Origin: Nymphaea colorata
Taxonomy: Eukaryota
Assembly: GCF_008831285.2 (NCBI RefSeq)
Contig: NC_045138.2
Location: 12,896,001-12,960,000, forward strand
Reading direction: 5' to 3'
Length of the DNA: 64,000 nucleotides
Notes under the pieces: generated by a model
Seen by the model: only the letters and a program-made list of their open reading frames with translations
Database searches by the model: none
Told to the model about the DNA's origin: nothing
Position numbers and translations under genes: made by a program
Shown: piece by piece, positions 38,498 to 49,567 of the stretch
Layout of the letters: each line of letters begins with the position of its first letter
Numbering within the stretch: the stretch's first letter is position 1

Positions 38498-40845
38498 GAC
38501 TTGATGTACTCACACGTACATTGAATTGAATGATTATGTTGTATTATCTTAATAATTTTTATATGACTATATGTGACTTAATATATGTTTAGACATGTGG
38601 CTATAGATAATATGATTTAGTGCTGTATTTTATCAATTTCTATTTTTTTTAAATTCTGCTCAACATGCTTAGTCCAAACCAGGTGTGCTTAGGCTATACC
38701 CTCTACTGATTGCCTAGTACCTTTAACCACATAGCTTCAAACTCCTCTTTGTTGTTCCTTTACAGTCTCCAGAATATTCCAGAACAGCTTAAAAGGTCAC
38801 CAGATTCTCATATCGCATCTCTGACAGTCAAATTCACTATGGTCCAGTATCTATGTCTGCTTGTGGACATCCCACACAGGAGTAGCAAGAGAAATCATAT
38901 TGTATAGAAACATAAGAATAATCGTCCTTCAGGATCTAGATACTTATCATTATCAATGACAATACAGTGTTCATATACTTGAAACTTGATGAGCCCTTTC
39001 AACTGGACTAAATAATGGTCCTTTCTGATGTTTTCTAAAGTTTTAACTTCGGCAAATTTTGATCTTTTATAGACTCAAAACACCATCAAAAGTGGTTCAT
39101 ATTTGTCATAGGATTACAAAGTGGAACCATAGGCAAGACAAAGTAGTTATCACTCACGAATTTCATCTCATATATCATTTGTTTCATTTCTTAGTTTTCA
39201 ATAGTTAAGTTATCATGTTTTACATGGAACCACAATGTCTTTGCCTGTAAAAGAAATATACTAAGGCGTAAGGACTTGGAAAGAAAACATAGAATGATGT
39301 TTGACATATTGAAGTGGACATAACATATAATATCAACAATTCAAACCCATGAAAGGAAGTCGGAAGCAAAAAACGGGTCAATAAAAACCAGTACCCTTTT
39401 ATTTGTAAAAAATAAAATGCATTTTTCAGAATGAGAAAATTGAAATTACATAAATAAAAATATAATTGCTGGTTGTCGTATGTTCCAAGTAAAGCAGCAA
39501 GATATACTATAGGAAGCAAAATAACAACCCATTAACAGAATTACTCACTTGTAGTTCTAGCTTTTCCCCAGATTGTGTTTTCACAGAAACAGGATAGAGA
39601 TGAACATCTGTTAATACAAAAACATAAATGAATTTTCCCACTTTAAAAAATAAATATTTTAATCTAAAACTGTTCAGCTGAAATTGGAAATATTCTGCTA
39701 AACTCTCTCCTGCATGTAGCAGTACAAGAAGCGTAGCAAATATCCATAGAATCATAAAATATCCAAACAAGATGGGAGAAGCTATAAGCAACTCATGAAA
39801 TGAATGACTGGAACCGTCAATGAAAAATGCAACGAAGAAAACTTGTTGGTGCATGTTGGAGAAAAAAAATGCCTGTTCCATGATGCATATCACTAAATAT
39901 AATTTAGCAGATTTCCAATGAATTTTGACAGAACGCTACAGGTTTCAGATTAATTATAACTACAGAATTGTGTTCAAATTAAGCAGACAATAAGAGATCA
40001 AGAAAAAATATCACGGTATAAACAATGAGATGCAACATCTCAGATTCTCACCGTTGCCATAAGATGATTAACTGTCAGGAAAACATTTCACAACCTAGAA
40101 ATACAATGTGCATGCACCGCACCAACTACGCTTTAAACATCCTTATGGATGCACTTCTCTAACTAAAGAATCCAACTAGTCAGTCTCTGTACGAGAGACT
40201 TGCATTCAATGAAGATAGGGTTTCCGGTACTCAAAATTTAAGGAGTTACGGACCCCACGAGTTTGTCGGGAAGCTCCTTGGGGCATGCAAAACACGGAAA
40301 CTTTCACTCTCACCCAGTCTGGCGTTGCTTAACTGATAAATGTAATGGGGGACTCTGAACGTCGTACCGCATCAAGATTACTTGTATGACAACCAATTGA
40401 AGGATAAACTTGATACCCAAAAGATGTCCGTCAAACTCTGGGTGCCCTATTAGGCCAGCATGCCACCTTTCTCCGCAATAACAAAGAAGCTGACAAAGGC
40501 TTAGGACTTCAAACGAATCGCAAGCACGCTCCACTCCACGCTTCAGCTTGTTCTCTAAACATGACACCATACGCACGGACAGAATAAGGAATAGAATGAA
40601 CGATTACCTTCTCCTTGTTTGCTTTTATTGCTGTCCGGTGCATTTGCTTCTTGTACCTTAGACTCATCTGCTGCACCATCGCAGGCAGCCTTGTCCAACA
40701 CATGGTCACCTGCATCGCCGTTCTCCTTAGGCAACTCCGCCGAGCTGTTTGACGAGGACCTGTCAACCGCCGCATTAGACTGTTGGGCGTGAGAAGAACT
40801 ATGTGCTCTTCCTCTGTTCTTTCCTCTGCCAGACTTGCCTGCCAT
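133..40845 (-). CDS. CLU: Clustered mitochondria protein (CLU/FRIENDLY family), 23 coding exons in window, 3' end outside the window
   Basis: Spliced translation gives MAGKSGRGKNRG..., LYPVSVKTQSGEKLELQLNPGDSVMDIRQFLLDAPETCFFTCYDL, GMQRDWNEELQSCRE, YVHNNIFFSFAVD, LAMAIIDYRGHRVVAQSIIPGILQG, ECKGIIGSDDRHYLLDLMRVTPRD, PMDGQTLAEALHAHGINVRYLG, VTGPMHREVANCCR. These are motifs I recognise from plant CLU/FMT proteins. All introns are GT-AG and phase-consistent. Confidence 0.95.
256..312 (-). CDS. CLU: CLU coding exon 22 (start of TPR region)
   Basis: TTGTAG|GMLNEAYSLFSEAFSILQQ|GTAGGA. Confidence 0.9.
407..565 (-). CDS. CLU: CLU coding exon 21
   Basis: AACAG|LGISIAARKYDL...LQPVVKHSVPVCIEAKDLIETGKLRLAE|GTACTA. 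Confidence 0.92.
882..950 (-). CDS. CLU: CLU coding exon 20
   Basis: TTGTAG|FTLPDDAKLQVRKVSTIRNLCQK|GTAACT. Confidence 0.9.
1034..1183 (-). CDS. CLU: CLU coding exon 19
   Basis: AACAG|VSREPTQ...HITSEVVWSGIEDFAKHKYQ|GTACTT. Confidence 0.85.
2821..3295. repeat. Tandem array of 4 units (~86-bp core plus variable (TA)n)
   Basis: Units TAGCACTTTTTCAGCC...GTTTGTTTGCT(TA)n start at 2821, 2926, 3031 and 3154. Confidence 0.95.
3686..3820 (-). CDS. CLU: CLU coding exon 18
   Basis: GGCAG|DILRQCEDHELGFTMSQFLNCFLG...RAARK|GTGTGC. Confidence 0.88.
4661..4747 (-). CDS. CLU: CLU coding exon 17
   Basis: TTTCAG|IAKMTKHLPHIWDLCVTEIIVRSAKHILK|GTGAAG. Confidence 0.92.
4831..5001 (-). CDS. CLU: CLU coding exon 16
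   Basis: AATCAG|EIATDEALVKK...PMDGQTLAEALHAHGINVRYLGK|GTGAAG. Confidence 0.92.
5080..5208 (-). CDS. CLU: CLU coding exon 15
   Basis: GTGAAG|DVTKEES...EDILLNPNVLTEFPLAGCEE|GTATAT. Confidence 0.85.
5500..5610 (-). CDS. CLU: CLU coding exon 14 (variable linker)
   Basis: AAG|VEAAERLNGKIKDD...GCESAKV|GTACAG; low-conservation region, donor chosen for phase-0 compatibility with exon 15. Confidence 0.7.
5705..5813 (-). CDS. CLU: CLU coding exon 13
   Basis: ATCAG|(R)HYLLDLMRVTPRDANYVGEGSRFCVLRPELVSSFCQ|GTAG. Confidence 0.92.
5956..6828. mobile_element. PIF/Harbinger Tourist-like MITE containing a long (TA)n
   Basis: TAA|GGTGGCGTTTGG ... CAAACACGCCC|TAA, imperfect TIRs with 3-bp TAA TSD. Confidence 0.7.
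6022..6089. repeat. (TA)n microsatellite
   Basis: Uninterrupted TA run. Confidence 0.95.
9077..9721. mobile_element. Non-autonomous hAT-like element, same family as 52751-53509 in opposite orientation
   Basis: Both ends align to the reverse complement of 52751-53509; flanks GTTTAAAC/GTTTGGAC (6/8). Confidence 0.65.
10097..11034. mobile_element. hAT-like MITE (CTATGTCACA family) containing a second copy at about 10492-10998
   Basis: CTATGTCACATAGGTAC ... GTACCCATACGACATAA; perfect 8-bp TSD ATTTAAAC at 10089-10096 and 11035-11042. Confidence 0.75.
11131..14614 (+). mobile_element. Full-length hAT DNA transposon
   Basis: TIR CAATGTTGTA/TACAACATTG, perfect 8-bp TSD CTCAAGGC (11123-11130 and 14615-14622), CGTATCGTACGATACG subterminal repeats, internal transposase. 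Confidence 0.96.
11682..14196 (+). pseudogene. hAT transposase (BED zinc finger, DUF659/RNase H-like, hAT C-terminal dimerisation domain), disrupted
   Basis: CGFC...RMKHHL BED finger, GCSIMSDGWTD, FITDNAANY, WSPCATHC, LHAAAYYLNP, SQTCSASGCERNWS; introns 13532-13621 and 13827-13922; frameshift near 12975-12980 and in-frame TAG at 13297-13299. Confidence 0.92.
15703..15821 (-). CDS. CLU: CLU coding exon 12
   Basis: CTTCAG|VLEAAKVLHIKEHSVLDGFGNPIKLAAPVECKGIIGSDD|GT. Confidence 0.92.
17013..18057. mobile_element. Old non-autonomous TIR element (hAT-like) with internal GT/GA microsatellites
   Basis: CATAGTTGGCAAAC ... GTTTGCCAACCACTG; degenerate flanks GTTTTTCC/GTTTTCTA (5/8). Confidence 0.5.
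18417..18521 (-). CDS. CLU: CLU coding exon 11
   Basis: TTGCAG|SIIPGILQGDKSDSLLYGSVDNGKKICWNEMFHAK|GTGATG. Confidence 0.92.
21707..22112 (-). CDS. CLU: CLU coding exon 10
   Basis: TTTCAG|(M)YVHNNIFFSFAVD...EQATYASANNDLRGTKAYQEAD...YRGHRVVAQ|GT. Confidence 0.92.
22873..23001 (-). CDS. CLU: CLU coding exon 9
   Basis: CTGCAG|(R)ILRDRALYKVTCDFVDAA...PPINPTDPECFH|GTGAGT. Confidence 0.92.
23145..23280 (-). CDS. CLU: CLU coding exon 8
   Basis: TTCTAG|(E)HKRDAARAED...GMQRDWNEELQSCREFPHNSFQE|GTGT. Confidence 0.92.
23402..23503 (-). CDS. CLU: CLU coding exon 7
   Basis: AAG|(G)FREILDQKAAAHPFESVQSLLPPNSWLGTYPIP|GTAAGT. Confidence 0.9.
23587..23780 (-). CDS. CLU: CLU coding exon 6
   Basis: TTGCAG|(R)LVGDLIYLDIETLEG...ISPKFKK|GTACTG. 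Confidence 0.92.
24676..24826 (-). CDS. CLU: CLU coding exon 5
   Basis: TGCAG|(G)RAEVPELDGLGFMEE...FSSFNPVPSHR|GTAAT; the acceptor position is slightly less certain. Confidence 0.85.
28387..28518 (-). CDS. CLU: CLU coding exon 4
   Basis: GCACAG|(G)LYDERSIRAHVRRARELLSLSSLHSSLSTTYALQHE...|GTATGG. Confidence 0.92.
28595..28784 (-). CDS. CLU: CLU coding exon 3
   Basis: TTTGTAG|LNPGDSVMDIRQFLLDAPETCFFTCYDL...GGCSLEMIG|GT. Confidence 0.92.
29432..30620. mobile_element. Non-autonomous hAT-like element (CTATGT-ACATGGGTACG family)
   Basis: TIR CTATGTAACATGGGTACG / CGTACCCATGTAACATAG (17/18); TSD ATTACGTC/ATTAGGTC (7/8); GC-rich CGGCGA core. Confidence 0.85.
30918..35081 (-). mobile_element. Internally deleted relative of the 11131-14614 hAT family
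   Basis: CAATGTTGTAAAA end matches the reverse complement of the 14614 end; 31300-31555 (minus) encodes QFDPISLDNFD...WVEEE...DEDDLDF, homologous to the last transposase exon; decayed CGTATCG repeats at 34920-35080; second TIR not intact. Confidence 0.8.
31776..34851 (+). mobile_element. Solo LTR, about 3.1 kb, probably Ty3/Gypsy Del/Tekay-like
   Basis: TGTAAC ... GGGGTGTGACA with perfect 5-bp TSD CAGGA (31771-31775 and 34852-34856); no coding domains; lineage and orientation inferred from length and terminal motif. Confidence 0.85.
35533..36623. mobile_element. GCCTAGGC-rich element, tandem copy 2
   Basis: Shares blocks with copy 1, e.g. CCGTTGCCTAAGTCCA, CATGGGAAAGTGAAAAGTCA, TTACATTCCTTCTTCTA, AAAATAACTTGACATATTAACATAA; ends CAACATAG. 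Confidence 0.75.
37204..37576. mobile_element. CTATGTCACA-family MITE nested in 37100-38734
   Basis: CTATGTCACA ... TGTGACATAG TIR, GGTGCG subterminal repeats; TSD degenerate. Confidence 0.72.
38451..38494. repeat. (TA)n microsatellite
   Basis: Uninterrupted TA run. Confidence 0.9.
39549..39607 (-). CDS. CLU: CLU coding exon 2
   Basis: TTAACAG|(D)VHLYPVSVKTQSGEKLELQ|GTGAGT. Confidence 0.92.
40608..40845 (-). CDS. CLU: CLU coding exon 1
   Basis: ATG at 40845 (MAGKSGRGKNRGRAH...KSKQGE), donor G|GTAATC. Confidence 0.88.
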
Positions 40846-41323
40846 ATTTACTCCCAAAACCTAACAGAAATAAGCAACCAAGTCAGAAAATCAAGTAATA
40901 GGCGGCTATACTGTAAATCTACGCCATATCGAACATCAATGCAAACCTCCATAAGTGCACGAAATCCTTTATGATTCAACAAATCTCTCTCTCTCTCCCT
41001 CTCAAAAACTCATGAAGAAAGCATGTTATTGGGTTTCACTCTGCACCATTATCAGGAAAAAGTTGTGCCACTTTTCTGTCCAACGAATACTCAAAACAGA
41101 GCAAACATGCAACCATTTCCCGAATGGAAGCATGAGATATCAAACAAGCACGAAGGATCATGATAACAAAAAACCATGGTTTAAAGCCAAAAAGGAAAAG
41201 CGAGATTGATTGGTGATGATGACAGGATTCTCAGTACCCAAGTTGTGAAAACCAAGAAAGATACACATATCATTTTGCCGATGGCCATTATCTCTCTGCT
41301 GGACAAAGAAAGAGAGGGATTAC

Positions 41324-41440
41324 CGATTCCAAGCGATATCTCGCGAGGAGAAGACGAGAAGAGAATGCTTCCGAGACTGGACAGTGTGCGCCTGCGTGGG
41401 CGTGGAAGGAGAGGCGGCGCCCGGAGAGACGGAAGAGGCC
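41324..41440 (-). other. Probable non-coding 5'UTR exon of CLU, followed by an intron at 40861-41323
   Basis: GC- and CT-rich leader, donor CG|GTAATC at 41323, acceptor TTCTGTTAG| 15 nt upstream of the ATG; the TSS position is approximate. Confidence 0.6.
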
Positions 41441-41465
41441 CTCGCACCTCTACCTGCGTTTCTTG

Positions 41466-41471
41466 TTTATA
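41466..41471 (-). promoter_or_regulatory. Candidate TATA box of CLU
   Basis: CTATAAAC on the minus strand about 30 nt upstream of the putative leader exon. Confidence 0.5.
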
Positions 41472-43949
41472 GCTCTAAGTGCTTTCGCTCTCCCTATGCA
41501 AGATATTTTAAATATTTTTTTTCCTTTAACTTCGGCCCCTGCTTTCACTTAAACTACGCTCTAGCCATCGTCTCTTGCGAATCTTTTCCTGAGATGATGC
41601 CATTTCTGAAATTTTAATGCTCTGATGTTAACTCAGAGAAAACGGTGTCGTATTTCAACTCAGATTGTTCTTGTAGGGCAAGAAACTGGTCTTAATCTTC
41701 TTACTTGTAAGGTGTTATATTTGTTGGAAAGGGTGGTACTTTATGTGCTTAAAATACATTGGTGATGTCTTCGGCACCATCTGATTGTAGAATACACTGC
41801 AAAGGAGTAGTTCAGTTTACATTGGAACCACAAATTTCAAGTATGTCAAGCCTTACAACTGGTTGAGTTTTCGAGTCTCATATATACTATTTTTCTTGAT
41901 TATTAATGGTGGCAGTGTGACATTCTATTTAAAAGGTGTACCGTCCACCCAAGTTTAAAATCAATATTGGGCCCTTGCCCTTGGCCAGCTTCTGCTCACC
42001 CAATAGCCAACGTACGCTAGCTTGTGTGATGGTCGTGAGAAGCTAGTAGTGTCGCAGATAGATTCAATTTATTGGAGACATATACAAAAAGTGTATGTTA
42101 ATCATGCATGATTCACTAAGATCCATTTGGATAAATCTAGTTCATTTAGTGCTTAGATTTGTTTACTGCACTAAATCCTTTGTCACTTAAAGGCGATGCA
42201 GATTTTAGTAAGTAACAACAAATGCACAGACGTGTCTTGTTTTTAATTTGGAGAAGTAGTTATGGCTCAACTGAGGTAGCTGAAACTTGGTTTGGTATTA
42301 AAAAAAAAAATATTCCCCCTAAGCCAGTAAAATAATGTCACTTTTTAGTCTTATTAATCTTAACCTTGCTTTATATTAGAATACTGGATTTTGGTTTCGA
42401 CTATTAAAAAAGACACCTGCAGTTTGAGCTCTATAAGAATCAAACTCCTTAGGCAGGCCATGCATAAATCTTGAAGGCTATGCTATTTGAACATGAAAGT
42501 TTACAACTAGAGCAAGCGAATAGGTCTCCCAAGCTTTAATTGAATTATATGTCAGGATAAATCAAAAGGAACTAAATGGCCATAATTTAAAGGTTTAAAT
42601 ATCAAACGCCACTAAATTCACTGGCCGGGAGAAATACAATTTTATCAAAATTAATTACTTAAAAAGTTTGTTTTATAGCTACGTTTCTCACAAGGTGGTT
42701 GAAACTTATAGATGAGCCACGTCCACGTTGTGGCACGGTTGCTATTGAGTTTACTTGCAAGGGCAATTCCAATACTTCCATTGCTCTGGTTCATTTGTTC
42801 TTATCGCGTTGGCCTGTTTGTGGGTTCCCGTCTTTCTAATCTTCCCTTTTTGCCCTTGACATGGGACGCTTTATAACGAACTTAGGTTTTTCTTCTATGC
42901 CTTCAGCAATTAGGGTTTAGCACTGAATATGATTTCTAGTTTTTCCTTTCTTGTTTTTATCTCGAGTTATCTTTTGTTTTGACTTGTTCTCCTGCTTGTT
43001 TGTTGGATCCAGTATATGAATACCTATATCATTTGCGCACCAGTGTCCAGGATCCACACGAATGTGACAATGAAAAGCAAACCCGCAAGGCCAATACAAT
43101 TTTTTTTTTGTAATTTTATGTTTTAATTAACATAAAATATATTAAATTATTCATACAATTCATAATTTTAAAGTTAGAGCAATATACAAACAAATATATA
43201 AGGATCCTATTGGCTGGTAAACTATGTCAATAAGCAAATCGATCATTACAGTACTAACATTGTTTTCTACGGCAACTGTAGTGGGTGGGTCCCACAACGG
43301 ATTCTGATCTCCTTGGAAGAATATGCCCTTCAACGAAAGCCGCTCACCTTTCCTAGTAAATCTCCTTTTCTTTCGATGATTTTGCATACAATGGCATTTA
43401 GTAGGACAAGTTCACCTCCAAACCCTAGCCCACAATGCCATTTCATCTACTTGGCACCCTTTCTTCTGTTTGCCCATCCATCTGTATGTGGAAGCATCTA
43501 CATGCAAAATTTTTTGGCTTGGCACATAATCAGGGAGAAGTGAAGTAATTGGCCTTTGTCCAAAGAAAGTGGGACGATATTGTCAATGCAAAGATTGGTA
43601 GTTTTTAGTACTTTTATTAGGGGTAATCAATGTAGATAGATTACATTTAGTGGCATTCGAAATGTGTCATTGAATATTGTCATTGATGAACATAGCACAC
43701 CGTTGACAATGGCAGTGATTGCATTCAGTGGCAAAGTTTCCAAACGTCATAAATGGGCACTTTTTATGGTGCTGAAGTGGTGCCACTGAAAAAATTTAAG
43801 TTACTACAGATGTTATTTCAGCTTGCAGTGTGCCCAAACTTTTAATACCTAAAATGTCTAAGTATTGTGCTTTAAACCTAGTTTGCAACACTCAATGTGA
43901 AATGCATATGTCATAGGTTTTGGAAAAAACATTGATTTTAGAAAACTAA

Positions 43950-46900
43950 AGAACCCTCGTGGCATTGACAATGATGCTGACCAAAATGCATCGTGGGTTT
44001 CATAACATGGACCCTGTGGCTGTACCATTCATGCAATGCAATTTTAGAAAATGATTAGGAAAACAAATTGGAAATTGAATAGAATAATTGGAGTTTGAAA
44101 ATATAATTGAACGTGATTTTCTTATATTGTTAGAAGACATGATGCACACTATTTAAGCAAGTCAAGATCAACCTTTTAGATGGTATTGACCAGGTCCTTG
44201 CATACTTCAAAATTTTTCAAGTAGTTATGCATGCAAAAGATAAAGATATGACCAAGCACACTGAAAAAAGTATGACTAGCCAATCCAACAAGTTATGCGC
44301 TCCAATACCATACTCCACCAAAGCTTAACGATTCAAGAGCTCTGACCATCTCATGTGTGATAGCAATATAATGATCGAGCATCCATTGCTCAAGTTAAGG
44401 GCAAGCATTAACATCTTGCCCAAACTCTTTCATGACACGTGGGATGAAGGATTTATGACCAACATCGATGACACTTCAGTTGAGGGACTAACATGTCAAA
44501 GTTTTGCATGGAATAGTCGTGTTGGTCAAGGTTGACGAGTTTTATTTTTGGTGGATTTTGTTCAGTTCTTAGCCACGATGAATGCATACATCAACTGCCA
44601 AACATGAGTGATGGAAGTCTAATTTAGTAATAATAAGTGTTCAAATGAACATATTTCATGCTGCCATGAAACCAAAAGGAGAAGATGTATATTGTCGAGT
44701 GAAACGAATAGAAGAATTTGGAAGAAACACATTTGAGGACTTCACATATTGAGATTGTCATTTTTATTCAGGTCTTCAAGATATTTGTGAATTCAAATTA
44801 GGCAATTGCCCAATGATGGATGAGTTTCATGGTTTCAACCCTCAGTTAAATGACATTGATTAATATATTAATGGCTAATGCAATTGGATCGAGTATTTCT
44901 GAATGCATCCTAAATTTAGCAAAGTATGCTACTCAACCTTCAATGGAGTGTTCTCCTTAACTTGAGCTAATGTCATTGCTGGCTTTACTCAAGTATGTTT
45001 TTTTAATAGCAATGAACCACTATTAACTATCATTCATATTCACTTGGCAAGAGAATAAAAAAGTAAACAAAGAGGTGGTGAAGCTATCAAATAAACATAT
45101 CATTTGCCCAGTCTCTGACATTGAATGGGCAGGCTACACCCAAATCATACTAAAGAAATCAACTCTTGTTGTTGTACAAAAAGAAATGGAAAGTGCATCC
45201 TCCAAACCACCTCTATATGTTGAATCAATGTGGTTTACAAGAAGATCAATGAGGTCATGCAAAATGATCACTTCTCATGTCCATTCATTAATTAGATTTT
45301 AGAGAGATTGGCATGCCATAGTTACCTTTGCTTTCTAGATAGTTAATTATGGGTATAATCAAGTAGTCATCCATCCTAAGGATCATGATATGTACACTTT
45401 CACATGTCTTTAAAACATGTTTGCTTATAGGAAAACGCCATTCAGGTTGTGCAATGATGGTCATATTTTTCAGTCTCACAGATGATTGCCTAAAAGTTTT
45501 TATGAACAACTTCTCAGTCTATGGTTATTCATTTGAAGATTGTCTCAAAAAACCTAAAGAAAGTGTTGATCAAAAGTCAAGAAATGAATTTCATTTTAAG
45601 CTGGAAAAGAGATCTTCATGGTCAGATGGGAGATTATGCCTAGAAATATTGTGCCAATGTGGCACCAATATAGATAGCTCACTCCACCAACCTTGGTTTA
45701 CCAGATTGATCTTTTTCTTAGTCATTTAGGATTTTTCCAATAGTTTATTAAGGACTTTAACAAGGTAGTGAGATTTTTGTCCTAGCTACTCATAAAAAAT
45801 ATATATCTTTGATTTCAACGAAAGTTGTTTGAAGGCATTTAATGTTCACAATGAAGCTTTGAATTCAATGCCTATTTTGTGTTCTCTATATTGGACGCAG
45901 TCATCTGAAACAACGTGTGATGCTTTCGACTAGGCTATAAAGAACCGTATTAGGTAAAAAAATATAAGATGTAACAACCATATGTGATATACTATTTAAG
46001 CAAGAGTCTCTCAAAGGCTCGTTTGAACTACATGACTATGGAAAACGAATAGCTCACAATAGTGTTCACACTTTAAAAGTGTAGGCCATATCGTTCGGGC
46101 TTTAAGGTCATTGTGTATTCAAATCATGTGCCTTTAAGATATTTGGCAATGAAAAAAGATGCAAAGCTGAGTTGATCAGATGGACTTTGCTAATACAATA
46201 ATTTGAATTTGAATCGAGATAGGAAAAGATAAGAGAAGATTGTAGCATATCATTTATCTAGGATTACAATGTAGACATCATGTGAAGCAAGAGAAATAGA
46301 GGTCCGATCTCCATACGAGCAACTTTTTAAATAAGTTTTGTTGACAATGCTCTTGTTGTCAATAAACATGGGCCATTAGAGAGACAAATTATGACATTGA
46401 CTTTATTTTGATTATAGACATATTTAGTGTTTGTGACATTGATTGTATGAGATTGTTTCACCATCATTTGGAAATATGCATGTTCTTGCTGCAGAGAATT
46501 ATATTTTAAATTAGGTAGAAGTAGTGACTTCATAAACTAATGATCACATAGTTGTCTTAAAGTTTATCAAGCACAATAGTTTAGTAGGTTAGGATGCCTA
46601 GAGCTATCATTTCAAATGAGGGTAAGCCTTTTTTGAAATATTAAAGTGGCATTGCTTTTGAGGAAGTGCGATATCAACCATAAGGTCACCACCTCCTATC
46701 ACCTATAAACAAGTTGGCAAGTGAAAGTTTCTAACAAGGAAATGAAGAGAATATTGGAAAAGATATCTAGACTGATCTAAAGATTGGTTTGTGAGATTAG
46801 ATTATTCAATTTGGGTATACAGGATCACCTTCAAAACTCATTTGGCATGTCACCTTAATGATTAGTATTCGATAAAGCATGTCACTTACCAATTGAAACA

Positions 46901-47650
46901 CAATGCATATTGGGCTATCGAGAAGTCAAACTTTGACATGACTCAACCAGGAAAAGAGAAAAACTTACAAAAGTTAAATTGATAAATGAAGTGTATAAAA
47001 ACGTAGGGATTATAAGGAACTAATGAAAGCATTTTATGACCTGCATATTCATAGAAGTTTCTAAGTAGAAAACTTCACTTTACAATTCAATACTTTAAAA
47101 TCTTTTTCAGCAAACTCAAGACAAGATGGATCATCCTTACAAAGTAACGGAAGCTTAATCTGATAGAGCTACTGATCTTGGTATAGGGACGCAATCCATT
47201 GCAATTGGTTAGAGGTTGAAGCAGTACATTGGAGATTTAGAGGGTCGAGATGTGGAGGAGATGGATCTTCATAATCCACGGGATTAGCATCATTGTAGTA
47301 TTGACTGTATTGCACTTTATAATAGTTGGGATTTCATTTTTCATATTTTTGAATAAAATTTATGAGCTGCATATCAATAAAAGATATATGCATAATGTTT
47401 GTTTGTTATGGTATGTGAGTTTTATGTATGAATGACCACTTGAAGAGATCATTGAAGCAATAGACTTTATGTGCATGATTGTATTATGAAGACTGCTTGG
47501 AGTAACTAGAGTAACTAGAGTGTGTCCCCAGGTTGTATTTTTTCTTGTTTCCTTTGCTTGCATTTTTAAAAACATGTATCCATATAGTTCAGTTTAAGCA
47601 TACAAACATCATTGAGGGCCACAATGTTTAAGCATGGGGGAGGCATCCAT
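43950..47650 (+). mobile_element. Heavily decayed Ty3/Gypsy (Athila-like) gag-pol relic
   Basis: Ordered degenerate motifs: protease LLKLRASINILP (~44390), ICPVSDIEW, RT PFRLCN and CLKVFMNNFSVYGYSFEDCL (~45490), RNase H CDAFD and NYMTMENE (~45920-46050), integrase HKVTTSYH...VSNKEMKRILEK (~46680) and KACHLPIE; many stops and frameshifts; no LTRs identified. Confidence 0.8.
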
Positions 47651-49567
47651 ACCTCAAAAACTTTTATCTGTTACCTATTTTTATAAAAGAATCACTATAT
47701 TAGGCATAAAAAGTTAACTTTTACCTTTTTATTGATTGCAATCATACAAATTAAAGAGAATATTAAGAAAATTTTAAGCCACATGAGAATTTTTTTTTGA
47801 AATTAATCTTAGAGACACAATACTTTTGTGTAGAAATTGATGAACGGATTATATGTGATAGTTTGAATTTAAATAAAGTTCTTGTTATCTTTGTGTGGTA
47901 ACATTTAATTAAATCAAATGAATATATAAGTGGTTGAGTGAACTTAAGGTGAGTTTAGGTTTCACTGTCCAAAATCTTTAAGTAGGAAAATGAGGTTAAG
48001 GCGGTATGCATATTGCCCTCAAAGTATAGTGAAGAGGATATGAGCATCTGCGTAGTGGTGTTTATGGACAATTGAGTTGAAACAAAAAAAAAAAAGATAA
48101 AGAAAGAAGATAAAAAAAAAAGAACAGAAAGTTCAGTAAAAAGTTTATAAACATGACATTGTACAAGACAAAACCATACATAACTACTGAACCAGTGGAA
48201 TCTCATAGTGGGTCTAGCCTATTATTCAAGTTGATGAGTACTCTGATAGAGTGAAGGCAGCTTGTTTCTACATGTGCTAAAAAGATAAATTATTGAATAA
48301 AAATGAAAAAGAAAGCATAAAAATGAAAAAAAAAACATGTCCCACCCAATTATATAAGAAGACCTATGTGTACATGAAAGTAAAAAAAGGAAGCATAAAA
48401 GTTATTACAAATTCGAGAAAGTTTCCAAAAGTATTTTCATTGTGGTGGAATGGAATTTACTTGATTGACTCTAATGAATATGATTGCATTTCCAATACTT
48501 CTTTACTGTGTTTTTGTATGTGTTAAGTATATATTAGGTGTTCTGCAAGTAGAATTTGCTATTCATTTTGCTCGTTTTTTCATTTCTTACGTACTCATTT
48601 TCCTCATCTCAATCTTCCTCGTTTTCATGTTCCTTCTGAGTCTCTGACCCTTGACCCAAACACAAAATGCGCTTTCAATTTTATTGTACTTTTCCTCCTT
48701 CTGCTTCTCTTCCTCCACTTTCTTTTTTCTCTACGTGGAACTTACAAGAGCTCTCTTCGCTTGCTCAATAGCTTCTTTATACAAAATTTCGTCCATAGTC
48801 ATCTCTGTGCTTTCGCCTACCAACTTCATGGAATGACTAACGCCTTTCGGCACCAAGCATGTATTGGTCATGGATGGCAATAGACAATGGTAGCTCTTTC
48901 ATCTGCATCTCAGCATTCGACCAACTACCTTGCTTGGGGGATGACAACCTTCCACCTGCTACTGATGGAGAGTACCTCTACTCCTCTAGATGTCGCTCTT
49001 TCATCGCATAGTTTACCACATGTGCCACCACGGTCAGCATATGTCTTCTCATCTACATGATTCTGAGCTTTGTCAACAAGATTTACAACAAACATTCATT
49101 CGTGGTTTCTTATGAGCCTCAACAACGACATTTTGACAACATTTTCATTATTCACCATGACACCCACCACTTCCTTGATTGGGGACTTTGAAGCCACTGG
49201 CAGCAGTTATTTTTTCAACATTTGATTGGATGGGTATGTGTAATAGTCAGTAGCGACAGGCTCAACTTATCTGCTGAAACGTCTTCATAACATTCACTAC
49301 AAACTCTTCTTCATCGTTTCAGCAAAACTTTTCTTTATTGTGTTTGCTAAAAACTCTTCTTCACTATGAAACTCTTTTTCATTACTGACGATCCGCTTCT
49401 CTCACTGATTATATTGATGGTGCTCTACTGCTTCTCGAATGAGGTTACCAGGTAACCGAATGCAGACGGTCGCAATGATTCAGATCGAGTTTATTCCGAA
49501 GGGCCTTGATATTGAATCTATGTTATTGACTATGCACCCATTTAGAAGTAGTTGAACGTATTTTCAC

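Larger units (their letters stand above)
37100..38734. mobile_element. CCTAG-rich hAT-like non-autonomous element
   Basis: CTATGTTGCCAAAGG ... CCTTTAACCACATAG; TSD CCTCAAAC/CTTCAAAC (7/8). Confidence 0.72.

Noticed and set aside
48830..49450. Possible decayed coding or TE fragment
   Set aside because: I could not recognise any motif, ORF or boundary.
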